This document shows, one piece after another, positions 23,566-37,760 of a stretch of 64,000 bases of DNA. The position numbers and the translations under genes were made by a program. Below the pieces are notes generated by a model, which saw nothing but the letters and a program-made list of their open reading frames with translations, did not search any database and was not told the origin of the DNA. Location: assembly GCF_009834535.1 (NCBI RefSeq), contig NC_045696.1, positions 21,082,001 to 21,146,000 of the forward strand, written 5' to 3'. The DNA is from Camelus ferus (lineage: Eukaryota). Every line of letters begins with the position of its first letter. Within the stretch, counting starts at the first letter, position 1.

Positions 23566-26063
23566 AAGAAAATCACCATAAAAACAAAACCATTCAATTG
23601 ATTTTTAAAAAAATCCTAGTTTTTCCCTGAATATTTAAACAATATTATGAGCCAGAACTTTAAAAAATACATTTATTCAGTTCTCATTATGTTTCAGTAA
23701 TTGTGCTATGTTATTGATATAAATACTGTGATAAAATCCTAGAATTAAGAGAGCCTAGTCAAAAATGAGCTTGCAATCCAAGCTAGGAAAAAAATAAAAA
23801 AGAATGAACAGAAATAACATACCCATGAGTAAAATCACTGGTTCAATAGATATAAGTGTATTCAGCTTATTAGTTGCAGTCGATCAAGATTCCAAAATTA
23901 TTACCTAAATTTACCCTCCCGCTATCTGTATATAACACTAAGTAGGTACAATGCATATCAGTTGGTCTTATAAGAACTCGACTATTCATTCATAGCAGGA
24001 GAGAGATATGGAGTTCTTAAAGAGCAGGCAGAGACAGTGGTGAGTGTTTCATGGAAAACTTGATTATTTTCATATGCTAAGGAGCATGTCAGTAAAGTGA
24101 GACAACAGTATAGGAAAAGAGAGGCTAAATGTTGAAGCAATGTCTCAACACATAAACAAGGTCATTTTTAATTCATTTATTATAAACTTTTTCTCTTTCA
24201 AGTCAGAATTACATTATATTCTTGGACATTATGAACATAAATGAATTACCTTTAATAGTTTAGAAATTCCTTAGTTGTATTAGAAATGGATTAATAAAAA
24301 ATAATTAAAATTAAGCTTACATTGAATCTTCAGTTATCTGGTATTTCCCCCTTATTCAAGATAATATTTATGACTACTTTAGAAGTATCATGTGTTAAAT
24401 TTGGATATTCTCTAACATAGAGTTTAAAGGATAATCTTTGCTTATTGTCAACATTGAACTCTTATAAATTGGATATTTAAATGCAACAAAATCAAATTTT
24501 AACATTTGAAATATATCCAACTTTTTGTATTGTTCAACTTTAGAAAGGAATATTGATTATGATATCCTTTTCTTAATACTGTTATTTATTTGATATTTGT
24601 AAATGACTTAACTCACTTTCAAATGATGTTTAATAACAGAACTAAAGTATCAGTGATGTACATGTACAATTATGTAACTACTGTCTTATACTAATATTAG
24701 CAAGTTTGGAATTCACCACAATTAAACCTATGTCCAATATTATAGTCAATTTCTTCTATTTTGTATAACAATTTTACATTCATATTGTACAATGTAATCA
24801 CTTGCTTGGACTAGCTACCAAAGACATTTTGGTTATTTGAGTATCTGTAGGCATATCTACAAATGATTCCTTTTATTTTAATATATTTTAGCTGCTTCTT
24901 GTTTCAAATGGAATAATTACATCATTGTTAAATTGTACATAACATAGTATATGTGCATATATATGTGTATACATACACAATACAGCATATGTGCATATAT
25001 GTGTATGTATACATGAAATTTTGAAGAAAATAATGAGATTTTGAAGTTCAAGAATGAATAAAATTTTCAAGAAATGGGAGGTATTTCTAACTCTGCACAA
25101 TACTTTGAGAAATGGTTAAATTCTAAATCACTGATGTTGGAAATAATAATTAAAAATGCCTTATGAGAAGTTTTTTTTGAATGTTGGTCTTTTTTACAAT
25201 AAAGACTACTTTTGTAATTTCAGTGCATCACACTTTTCCTGAATATGTATTAAATATTATGAATAATGAAGGAATATATGAGTTTTCTTTTAGCTTGGGT
25301 GAAGAAGTGTAATGGCCAGATAGATTTATTTATGAAGTATAAGAGCATATGTGGTCATTACTTAATTATAGGTATCACTTGTCACAATACTTGCATTAAG
25401 GCTTACATTCTAAAGTTTTTTAAGCCACATTTTATCTACACTTTGATGGTAAATTTTGATGTACCCAAAGATAAAAATAAAATTGAGTGAATGGAATCTC
25501 AACTACCTGGAGGTAGTCAGAAGATCCTGAGGTACCAAACTCAACATAAAGTTGTAGCAATTAAGATTTTAAAGCTAAAGTAGAAGAGTCAGAAATCAGG
25601 TCCTTAAGACACAGTTGACCCTAGAGCAGTGTAAACCTCTTTGGGTTTTTTTTTTTTTTCAAAATGTTTGCATGTAATATTGTACAGATAGTTTTTAAAA
25701 GCAGAATATATTTTTCCCCTTATGATCTCCTTTCATTCTTACAAAGGCAGATGTATGTGCAACCTGTAATATGTTGTTTAAATGCTGCCAAATGCTTTAG
25801 CTTGCCTTTACCACTTACCTCTTTGGTTTTTCTCATTAGATTTAACTTACTTTTGAAAATCCAAGGGAAATGTGGTGGCATATGGCAAGCAGTAGATGTG
25901 GATAATATTTTGTTTTTCTGCTTCCAAGAGCAGTGATATACAATATATTTGTCTGTTTAGATTCAAGTCCCAGCCTCCCTTAATGTTACAGCATATGAAT
26001 TACTTGACGCCAATTAATTTCTGTCTTTTCTCCCAAATCACAAGAATAGCTTCCCTACCTTAC

Positions 26064-26065
26064 TT

Positions 26066-26100
<35 letters not shown>

Positions 26101-26106
26101 TTTTTT
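26064..26106. repeat. (TTTA)n microsatellite
   Basis: About 9-10 TTTA units read directly. Confidence 0.95.
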
Positions 26107-29100
26107 AAGGTACTAGCAGTTTTACAGTAAATGCTTTTAACATTGAGAGCCTGTCAAGGTCAAGTACAAACCATTAGGAGATACAGCCATGCACAGAAAG
26201 CACGAAAACAGATTTTTTGCATCTTACATAAAGTAGGCCAATGACATTTCAATGAGTTCACACACTGAGTTTCCTTTGTGATGAAAAACTGATTATTAAG
26301 AAAGTCAAATTCACAAACCATGGCAAATATTTGTAGTACATGTGTATAACCTTATCCATTATTTCTCACCCATCATTAGTTTTGGAAAATTCTTATAATT
26401 AATTCCTTCTCACTTCATCAGATAATTTCAAAAGCATGTATGATTATATATACCCTTTGTTAACAGTCACCTCGGAAAATCTAGCATTGAACTTCAGTTA
26501 TTTGTAACATATTCATAATTCTCTCCTTGAAGTTCCAAATATATGAAAATATGACACGGAAAGCAACTACCCACGATATAATCAGATTTATATAATTAAG
26601 AATTTGGCCACATTTATGCATATAATGAGCCACAAGTGGAAGAAAAATGATAATGCTAATGATTAGAACTGGAGATGTCTCCCTTAGCAAAAATATTTAT
26701 TCATTCTTTCAAAACTGATTAATTTGTACTGGATACCTCTTGTGCACTAGGTGGCGGTATGTTTGATACCCTAGAGAAGGCAAATGTCTAGCGAGTTGGA
26801 ACGCCATGTATGAAAATCACTGAGGGTGCACTGCAGTTCACGCAACGATAAATGCATGAACAAAAAGCTAGGGTCACAGGAGTGACAGCTAGCACAGGGA
26901 CAGGAGGGCTTCAAAGAAGAGGTAATATTTGATATTCAGGTTTGTTTAGCTGCTTTTATTTAGTGTAAAATTAAATGGATTTTTAATCTAATTTTGATTG
27001 CTTGATCTATTGGTTTTACAAAGCAGGTACTTTTTGTCTACGCTAATCATAAAGCAAATATTGAATTATCACTGAATTATCGCTTAAACTCTATTTCTTC
27101 AATATTCCCAAGTGGCAAAGCCTCCGTCTTCTCTTAGCCCTTGTGGAACGAATGAATGAGGAGAATGTGACTCAGGGGGAAGGATCTGTGACCCCTTTAC
27201 TACCATTTACTAAGGCAGACATAGGGGCACACTCTTCCCAAACTACTCATGTTTCTTTCTTCCTTTCTTTTATATAAGCCTGCAGTCCTGCTTCCTGTCT
27301 AAGTGGGGCAGAGGAGTTTAGATTTGGTTGTTGTCTTCAGCTGGCTGAAACCCACTCCAACTACATAAAGTCAGTTTTGTTGTTGTTGTTGTTACTGTCA
27401 GTTTATTATTGATAAGATGATTATGCTTTAAGTTGGATATTGAAGATTGTTCCTGAAATTTTTACTGAGAAAAGCTGATAATACTCAAATTCTGTATCAA
27501 CCTAGTAACTATCACTGACCTATGTGACAAAAAAAAATGTGTAATAAGCAAGTTCATGATGTCATGAATTTTCCTAGATACGTAAAAAAGAGTGTATCTT
27601 ACACTCTACTAATTAATGCATATAAAACATGAACTTCGTATTTTCCACTCATTTTTTCTGTGAAACTAAAACTTATCTTAAGAATAAAATGTATTAATTT
27701 TTTAAGTACATGCAATAATTTGCATAGAATCAGTAGCATACATCATAGTATCTACTGAAGGGTAAAAATTCACCCCACATGGAAGGATTTCACTTCAGCA
27801 TGAGAACAAATAGTCTAATGATTCAAAATATTAAACAGTGGGATTGACTGCTTTTGGATATTTTAAATGTCAATAAAGCTGTTGAAGCAGAGGCTAGATT
27901 ATCACTCTTCGGATATGGTGCTAAAGGGATTCATGCATGCACCGATGGGTGGGAAAAAGTAAACTCTCTCCTCAATCCAACCATGAAGTTACAGGATTTC
28001 ATAAGAAACGCAATCATCAAATTACCAGTACACAGAAACAGTGACTCGATTAATGCATTGATTTTTTTATTTATAATCTATAAGTGCCAAATTATGACCC
28101 TCTCTTTGAAAATAAGTAAACAAAAAAATGTTATGTGTGAACTTTGCATCCTAATTTAAACAAACCAAGTTAAAATACTCTTCAGAACAATGAGGACAAT
28201 TTGAACTTGGGCTGCATATTTTAGATATATTAAGACATAATATATGTTTGGGGATGTTAATGACATGGTGTTAATGTAAAATCAAAATATCTAAGTTAGT
28301 AATGAGTGAATTGATAAGATGTGTAAGGTTTGATTTAAAATAATCTAGCAAAACAAAATATATATGGAGGCTATATAAATGAAAATTGATAAAAATACTA
28401 AATACATAGTGATCATTATGCTGCATCATTCATTATTATGTTTATATTAATTTTAATTTTATCTATGCTTGAAATTTATTGTTATAAATTGTGTATAAAA
28501 ATAACTCCCACCAAAAAAAATGGGAATAAAAGGTCACTAGATATTTAGGTAAATAATATGAGGCAGATTCTAAAATAATTGAGCGAAGAGAATAAAAATT
28601 CAGAGGATAATAGTTTAAAGAAAATACTATTGCTGTCTTCAGAAAGGTAACTGAAAATGTTGAGTACATGAAATATTGACAAGAAAACAAAAAGATGTAT
28701 AAGGGAGCTATATTACATGACAGCAGTTAATAATAGGTACATAGTCCTGATAGTTAAAGTGTTGAATATGGAATTAATTTTTCAAACGGTCTTACAAAAA
28801 TATTGAAAGTGGAGAGGGAAAGAAGATGTTTAAAAGACTCTTATCAGTCCCGAGACACAGACTTCCTGACTTTGTTAATAACGTGTGAAAGTAGAGATTT
28901 CTGCACTGGTACATCAGCCCCAGTTACACAGGGGCCCTAAATCCATTCACTCTGATGGTGAACTGGTCCCCTGTTGGTAGCTGGTTCCTTGTGGATAGCT
29001 GATTGGTTGTAGCGGTAACCAGGAGCAACTTCTTTCACATCCAAAACCAAAGCAGAGAGGAGAGGGGCTTTTCACCCACGGCTTTCTCTTTTATCTCGAG

Positions 29101-29506
29101 GAGGAGCCCTGTTCATAGAAATGTCCCCACAGTATTTTTCAGGTCCCATCGAACCAGGTCATGTGCAAATATTCTAGCAGCAAGAAAGACTGAGAAACTG
29201 AGTATTTGGAATTTTCATACTTTTAATGGAGAAGAAAAATTCTGCTAAAAATTTAGGTAGAGAATAGAGGAAGAATTATAACCAATATCATTTACAGTAG
29301 GATTTAAAATTCCTATTTGCCATTTAAAAGCCATATGTCATGTATAACATTATTGATTTATGAGAGAATAGTAAATAAATATTTGGATGTAAATAAATAT
29401 GTGGAAAACATGCTAAAAATTTGGAAAGAAATCGCCTCTGGGGAAGGTAGTGAACTTATTTTTTATTGCTTTTTTGATTACACGATATATTTTTATTCAA
29501 ATCAGT

Positions 29507-29563
29507 TGTGTGTGTGTGTGTGTGTATGGGTGTGGGTGTGAGTGTGTGTGTGTGTGTGTGTGT
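29507..29563. repeat. Interrupted (TG)n microsatellite
   Basis: TG run with a few substitutions. Confidence 0.95.
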
Positions 29564-32130
29564 AAGCTCTTATGGCCTTTCCAAAGATTAAACTACATCA
29601 TTTTAAGTATTATGGTTAGCTGATATCTGCTATCAAGTATATTCTGTTTAATCAAATTTATTTTCAATATCCAAGAATTTTGGAGCAGGGAACGCACTGT
29701 ACCCTGAGGATTGCCCTACATTTCATCTTCTTTCTGATCTGAGTAATCAAATTCAAGTCAGCAATCATTTCTCAGGAGCTTACAGCCGGCAGGGACCTGC
29801 CCTCAGGATGGGTCAGTGAGAGGCCATGTCATGTTCAGGCATACAAAGGATTTGGCTGGCTCTTGTAGGGGTGTCTGTTCATAGAATTGTCATTTAATAT
29901 AAAAGCTAAACGCTTCACTAATATTGTTCTGTGAACTGGATTTCCCTGGGGTCATCTCAAATAAGAAAATGTTGGAAAAAAAAAAAAGGAAAAGTGGGTG
30001 AGAGACAATAACTATATTAAGAACAACCAGAGGACAAACTTACAGTGGGTTTTTATAAAAAGCCATTAAATCTCTTGAAAATTTGGGGATTCGCCTTTAT
30101 GCAGACCAGTTCTTGCAGCCCTTAGTATTCTGAAATTGCTACATTTTTCTAAAGTTCCCCAAGGTAGATAATAAGAGAAGTAATCAAAGAAGGCAGGAAT
30201 TCATGAGTTCTGTCTTTTTTTTTTCCCCAACGTATGTATGTAGATAATATCATGTTTATTTTTGTGATTTCAGATTTCAATATCTTAAAAATTTTAAGCC
30301 ACTGATTATTTTAAGACCATCCTCATTATGAAATACTGAAAAATATGGAGATATATTCATTGCCCCTGAGAAAATCTGAATATTTGTCTGAATAAAATTA
30401 TATACTTTTGAGTATCCTCAAATACCCAATAAAATTCTCTGACTATGATTGCTGGGGAGTTTTGAGGTTTATGTTAAGTAGCTAAATTGACTTTATCTCA
30501 CACACAAGAGCTCCAAGAACTAGTATTTTTAGATTTACCTTAACTTCGGGTTCACTGTCTTTTTCATAATTTAACTTCTACATTTAACTGTTTCTACATG
30601 CAGCAGTAGCCTGCTGGACAGGTGGCTCAAGTTCAGGCCTAATCTGTTGCAGGCAGATGTAGACACTATAGATGATGTGTGGTGCTGATTTGTTAAGTAT
30701 GGAGTACTCTCATTCACTGCTGATAGCAAGCAGAGTTCAGCAGATGAGGTCATCCGACGCAAGTCTAGTGGGTAAGCCCTAAACCTTGTCCCCATTTTGT
30801 GCACTTGCCTTGAATTAGTTTTCAACTTAGAATCCCAGATATGCCCAAGCCCTTCTAGCATGGAAGGAACACATGCTTTAGTTCCACGCAGACACTGGGC
30901 AGTTGTAAGATAGCTCTGTACATCAGTAGTTCATTGGATGACTTACTGTTTACTGGTTTCCTTCCCCTCTCTTGCCAAAGATTGCAGATCTCCTAGAAGC
31001 TGAGTTGAAATAACATTTTCATTTAGCTCAGATAACTTCATTTTTCATCTCATACCTTCCACTTTGAATGTTCTCACTTTTTTTTGTTTCTCCAGTTTAT
31101 TCCCCATTGCTTCACATCTACATTTTATCTATCATCCTTGAATGCTTCTTTTAAAAAAATTGAACAATTGCTGTATTATTCTAGATATTAGGGGACACTG
31201 TTACTGAACAGTAAGTATCCAGAGGAACTATGGACTTACATTACAAATTTGACTGTTTTATACAGTTTATCTGCCTTTTTGATTTTACTTCTCCCAAAGA
31301 TTTGTCTTTATAAATGTTCCTTTGGACATATTTAGACACCCATCCCTAGTAAAAATAAAAAGACCCAGCCTAGGACAGGCACAGTAGCTCCTGTTCGTTA
31401 GGACAAGGAGATTGGAAAGATACCACTTTCTGTATCTCCCCACTCATCTTTTTTCCCTCAGCGCTCCTCTCGTCCTGACTACTGTACATACCTCCACAAC
31501 CCATCCTGGGTATTGCACCAGATTTATCTTTCTTATTCTCATTAATCCAGATATGTAATTAAGATATACATACATTGCATGGCTCATGTAATAAACTACA
31601 AATAATCCCTGAAGTTTCAGGTTTGGGGAAGCTGACAGTCTATTTTTCACTAGTCCACCTCCTGCCTCCTATCCTCCAATCAAATCAAGCTATTATGTGC
31701 TCCATGAAATTGGGCTATTTTCAGACTTCATGCCTCTGAAAATGTACTTTTGTCAAAATAAAATGGCCTCCCTTCACTCTTCTCACATTTCCCGGCATTC
31801 TTTTAGTTTAAACCAAATGATTCTTTTTCCATTTAGACTTCAGATCTCTAAAGTTAAGTATGACTATTGTCTGTGAACTTCTAGAGCATTTTTACCTGGT
31901 TTGTTTTCTTAAGACACATCCTATTCTACCTTATGTGTTACAGATACTTATATTTATTGTACATTCTTTACTTCACTCCAAATTTCCAGAAAATAGATGC
32001 CAGAAAACTAAGAATGAATAACCTTCTGCTATTCTCATTAGAAATAATTAGAACTAAATGAATTTTTGGTAAAATATGATAATACCATGGAAGAGAGAAA
32101 CAAAGATTTAAACTTTTTCTTCATGTGCCA

Positions 32131-34884
32131 TTTTTTAAAAAAAATTGAGGTATAGTTGATTTATAATGTTATGTTATTTTCAGATGTACAGCAAAGTGAT
32201 TCAGTTATACATAAATATATATCTATTTCATATTCTTTTCCATTATAGGCTCTTCCAAAATATTGAACATGGTTCCCTGTGCTATGTAGTAGGTCCATGT
32301 TATTTATTATATATATAATAGTGTGTAAATGTTAATACCAACTTCCTAATTTATCCTCCCCTCCCCCTTTTCCTTTGGTAACTGTAAGTTTGTTTTCCAT
32401 ATCTGTGAGCCCATTTCTAGTTTGAAAATAAGTTCATTTGTATCAAGTAGATTCCATATATAAATGATATCATATGACATTTGCCTTTCTCTGTCTGATT
32501 TACTTCACTTAGTATAATGATCTCTAGCTTCATCCATATTGCTGTAAATGGCCTTATTTCATTATTTGTCATGTCTGAGAAATATTCCATTGTAAAAATA
32601 TACCAAAAGTTCTTCATCCATTCATCTGTCCATGGACATTTAGGTTGCTTCTATGTCTTGGCTGTTGTAAATTGTTCTGCTATGAACATTAAGGTGCATA
32701 TATTTTTTTCTAATTAGAATTTTCTCTTTTTTTGGAATTTATTTTGTATTTGTAGGGTATTTAATGATGGCCATTCTGACTGGTGTGAGGTGATACCTCA
32801 TTATAGTTTTGATTTCCATTTCTCTGATAATTAGTGATATTGAGCATTTTTTCACGTGCCTATTGGCCATCTGTATATCTTCACTGGAGAAATATCTGTT
32901 TAGGTCATCTGTCCATTTTTGGATTGGGTTGTTTGTTTCTTTGTTATTGAGTTGTATGAACTGTTTGTATACTCTAGAACTTAATCCTTTGTCAGTCACA
33001 TCCTTTGAAAATATTTTCTCCCAGTCCATAGGTTGTCCTTTCATTTTGTTCATGGTTCCCTTTGCTATGCAAAAGCTTATGAGTTTAATTAGGTCCCATT
33101 TGTTTATTTTTGCTTTCATTTCTATTGCCTTGGTAGACTGACCTAGGAAAATATCACTAGGATTTATGTCACAGAATGTTTTGCCTATGTTCTATTCTAG
33201 GAGATTTATGTTGTTATGTCTTATGTTTAAGTCTTTAAGCCATTTGGAGTTTATTTTTGTGAATGGTGTGAGGGAGTGTTCTAAGTTCACTGATTTACAT
33301 GCGGCTCTCCAACTTTCCCAACACCACTTGCTGAAGAGACTGTCTTTTCTTCATTGTATATTCTTGCCTTTTTTGTTGAAGATCAATTGCCATGAGTCTA
33401 TGGGTTTATTTCTGGGCTCTCTATTCTGTTCCATTGATCCATATGTCTGTTTTTGTGCCAATACCATACTGTTTTGATTACTATAGCCCTGTAGTACTGT
33501 CTGAAGTCTGAAAGGGTATTCCTCCAGCTTTGTTCTTTTTCTTCAGTATTGCTTTGGCAATTCTGGGTATTTTGTCATTCCATATAAATTTTAGGATTAT
33601 TTGTTCTAGTCCTGTGAAAAATGTCCTAGGTAATTTGATAGAGATTGCATTAAATCTGTGATTACTTTGTGTAGTATGGCCATCTTAACAATATTAATTA
33701 TTCCAATCCAAGAATATAGGATATCTTTCCATTTCTTTAAATAGCCTTTAATTTCCTTTATCAATGTTTTATATAAGTCTTTGACTTCCTTTGTCAGGTT
33801 TATTTATAAGTATTTTATTTTATTTTTTGATGTAATTTTAAAAGGGATTGTTTTTTAACTTTCCTTTTCTGATATTTCATTGTTAGTGTAAAGAAATGAA
33901 ACAGATTTCTTATATTAATCTTTTAACCTGCTACCTTAGTAAATTTGTTATCAGGTCTGGTTGTTTTTGTGTGGAGTCTTCAGAGTTTTCTATATATAGT
34001 ATCATGCCATCTGCATGTAGTGACAATTTTACTTACCTTTTAATTTGGACTCCTTTTTATTTCTTTTTCTTGTCTGATTGCCACAGTTAGAACTTCCAAT
34101 ATTATGCTGAGTAGAAGTAGTGAGAGTGGGCATCCTTGTCTTGTTCCAGATTTTAGTGAGAAGGCTTTCAACTTTTCATCATTGAGTATTATGTTGACTG
34201 TGCATTTTTCATAAACTGCTTTTATTATATCGAGATATGTTCCCTCTACAGCTACTTTGGTAAGAGTTTTTATCATGAATAGATGTTGAATTTTATCAAA
34301 TGCTTTTTCTGCATCTATTGAGATGGTCATGTGGCTTTTGTCCTTTCTTTGGTTTTTGTAATGTATCACATTGATTGATTTGCATATGCTGAATCATCCT
34401 TTTAACCCTGGGATGAATTCGATCTATCGTAGGGTGTAGTTGTTTTTATATGTTGTTGGATTTGGTTTGCTAATATTTTACTGAGAATTTCTGCATCTAT
34501 ATTCATCAAAGGTATTGGCCTATAATTTTCTTTTCTGGTAGTGTCTTGTGTTTTGGTATCAGGGTAATGGTGGCTTCATAAAATGAGTTACAGATGTTCT
34601 CCCATCTTCAGTTTTTTGCAAGATTTTGAGAAGGATCAGTGTAAATTCTTCTTTGTATGTTTAGTAGGAAAATTCTTCGTTGAAGCCATCCACTCCTGAA
34701 CTTTAGTTTGCAGGTATTTTTTTTTAAATTGCTGATTCTATTTCACTTCTAGTAATTGGTCTGTTCAAATTATCTATTTCTTCTTGACTGCATTTTGGTG
34801 GACTGTATGTTTCTAGAAACTTGTCCACTTCATGGCTGTCCAATTTGTTGGCATAAAATTGTTCATAGCATTATCCTGGTTTGT

Positions 34885-34915
<31 letters not shown>

Positions 34916-35860
34916 GTATTTCTGTGGTATTGGTTGTGATTTCTCCTCTTTCATTTTTTACTTTGTTTATTTGGGTCCTCTCTTTTTCCTTCATGCTGAG
35001 CCCAGCTAGAGGTTTATTGATTTTCTTTACTCTTTCAATGAACTATCTCTTGGTTTTGTTGATTTTTGGGTATTTTTTAAACTTTATTTTATTTATTTCC
35101 TCCCTGATCTTTATTATTTCTTTCCTCCTGCTGGCTTTAGGTTTTGTTTGTTCTAATTTTTCTAATTCTTTTAGGTAATAGATTAGGTTATTTACTTGAG
35201 ATTTTTCTTGTTTTTGAGGAAGGCCTCTGTTGCCATGAACTTCCCTCTTAGGATTGCTTTTGCTGCATCTCATAGATTTTGTGTGGTTGTGTTTTCAATG
35301 TCATTTGTTTCAAGGTATTTTTAAATGTTTTCTTTGATTTCATCCAGTGATGAATCCCATTGATTTTTCCGTAGCATGTTGTTTAGTCTCCATGCAATTT
35401 TTTTTTCTTTCTGGTTTCTCTTTCTGTGGTTGATTTCTAGTTTTATACTGTTGTGGCAGAAAAGATGCTTAAACTAATTTCTATCCTCCTAAATTTGTTG
35501 AGGCTTGTTTTGTGTCCAAGTTTGTGATCTCTCCTAGAGAATGTTCCATGTGCACTTGAAAAGAATGTATATTCTGTTTTGGGGGGATGTAATGTTCTGA
35601 AAATATTAAATCGTACTTGAATGTATATTCTGTTTTTGAGGAGATGTAATGTTCTGAAAATAGTAATTAAGACTAACTGTTCTATTGTGTCATTTAGGAT
35701 CTCTGTTGCCTTATTTATCTTCTATCTGAATTTCTGTCCATTGATGTTAGCGGGCTGTTAAAGTCTCCTACTATTCTTGTATTCTCATCAATTCCTTTCT
35801 TTGTCTGTTAGTATTTGTCTCATCTATTTAGGTGCTCCTATATTGGGTCCATATATGTTA
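32131..35860 (-). mobile_element. Older 5'-truncated L1 with disrupted ORF2 (mid-EN to 3' end)
   Basis: ORF fragments 32417-32617, 32739-33119, 34040-34369 and 35043-35273 translate to L1 ORF2 pieces ([33 protein letters not shown]). Colinear with 37440-41215; many stops and frameshifts. Confidence 0.95.
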
Positions 35861-37349
35861 TGAATAAGTTAAATTCTTGAAACTGAAGTACATAGAAAGA
35901 TTTTTGACACCTGCCTGAATAACAATAAAGAAGGAAGGAATTGGTCTGTGCTTATATTATTTTTTCCCTTCCTTAGAAAAACCCAAACAAATAAATAATA
36001 ACAAATTTTTAACAGTAGTAGTAACATCTATTTTTCATGGTATTTAACCCAAATTTGCACTAGTTATCCCTTTGTGGAAATGTAATTATTGTTATGAAGG
36101 GTTGAGCAAAAGTGTTAAAGAAGAATTAACATGTCTCAACTATAAACTAAAAATCAAATCTTAGTAGTAATCTGTCAATGAAAACAAATATAAAGTTTGA
36201 GAACAACATACTTGCCTTTAGTTTGTAACAATTTAAAACAGGATTTCTATTTCAAATATGAATGATTATGAAAAACAATTTAGACTATCTAACATTCTAA
36301 TGACAGTACAACTTATGTTTGTAAGAGCAATTTGTTAGAGTTTATAACTATTTATTAAGCTCTAGAATCTCTAATTAAGCAACAAAGTAAGAAGTTAAGA
36401 TCCCTGATATTATCTTCTTATACATATTTAAAATGGAATTTATAGAATAAAGTAAAAAAGTAACTACATGGATGATAAAATCATTTCCATGTTCTAAATT
36501 ACCTTGAGATTATAACATTAGAATTTAATGACATTAGGATTTAATAATGGGAATTAGATAGTTTATACATCTCAAATTTCTAATAACACTTAAAGTAGAT
36601 TAAATCTTCTCCTATATAGGACCCTCTCATAATTTCACCTACTATTTTTAAAATGTGATATAGTTCAAATTTTTCTAAAGTCAAGTTATGAGTTATGTCA
36701 TTTCCATTTTCCACTTGGAAATGAAGTTCATCAATTTCTTTCTCCTTTCCCACTTTCTCTCTTTAGCTGTTATTCTATTTATTATTTATATTTATTTTTG
36801 TAAGATGGAATAGAAATATATATAGAATTATCTAAGAATCCCAAGCTTCGTGCTGGGTTAATATAGATGTCTTAAAAAATTTCATGTTGGATTATTATTT
36901 TGTTGGTATATTGCTATTCACACACTTAAGTATTACTTTAGGACTATTTTGTTCTAACTCTTTCTTTCCTACACAACTATTCTGCAGGAGACATGTTCTT
37001 CCTTTTCTACTTTACAGAGAGCTAAGTTTCCTTTGAAGAACTCTCATTTCTTTTAAGAGAATCTCTTCTCTTTAGAATATTTAAATCAACCAAGCTCTAG
37101 AAAAAGCTATATAATTCCAACTGTATTCTTTAGCTCTGGTTGGGAAACACAGTTGTTCCTATCTTTTAGCAATTTTGAAAACTCTCATATTATTGTTGAA
37201 TTAATGACTCAGCAAAACATCATACTCTGAATAGCACTTATTCATTGATTCAATCAATAGAATAAAATTAAAGATAGAGCCTTTATGATCCAGCTTCTGG
37301 AAATTTTTTTTTTAATTGAAATTTGTATCAAATGGTTAATCACATTTAT

Positions 37350-37365
37350 TGAGCCTGGTAATTTT
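37350..37365. repeat. Target-site duplication, left copy (TGAGCCTGGTAATTTT)
   Basis: Identical to 44526-44541; the terminal Ts overlap the poly(T) tail. Confidence 0.95.
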
Positions 37366-37377
37366 TTTTTTTTTTTT

Positions 37378-37438
37378 GGAGATATGATCTTTTAATCTAG
37401 AATCATGTGATTAAAGCATCTTTTATATCTTTCAGTAG
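37378..37438 (-). other. 61-bp 3'-transduced non-L1 sequence
   Basis: Lies between the L1's own A-tail (T-run 37439-37447) and a second T16 tail (37362-37377), inside the TSDs. Minus-strand ATTAAA at 37391-37396. Confidence 0.85.
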
Positions 37439-37760
37439 TTTTTTTTTAACTTTTTTATTGATTTATAATCATTTTACAATGTTGTGTCAAATTCCAGTGT
37501 TCAGCACAATTTTTCAGTTATTCATGGACATATACACACTCATTGTCACATTTTTTTCTCTGTGAGTTATCATAACATTTTATGTATATTTCCCTGTGCT
37601 ATACAGTGTAGTCTATTCTACAATTTTGAAATCCCAGTCTATCCCTTCCCACCCTCCACCCCCCTGGTAACCACAAGTCTGTATTCTCTGTCTGTGAGTC
37701 TATTTCTGTCCTTTATTTACGCTTTGTTTTTGTTTGTTTGTTTGTTTTTGTTTTTGTTTT

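Noticed and set aside
32110..35885. TSD for the older L1
   Set aside because: No convincing direct repeat found at the two ends.
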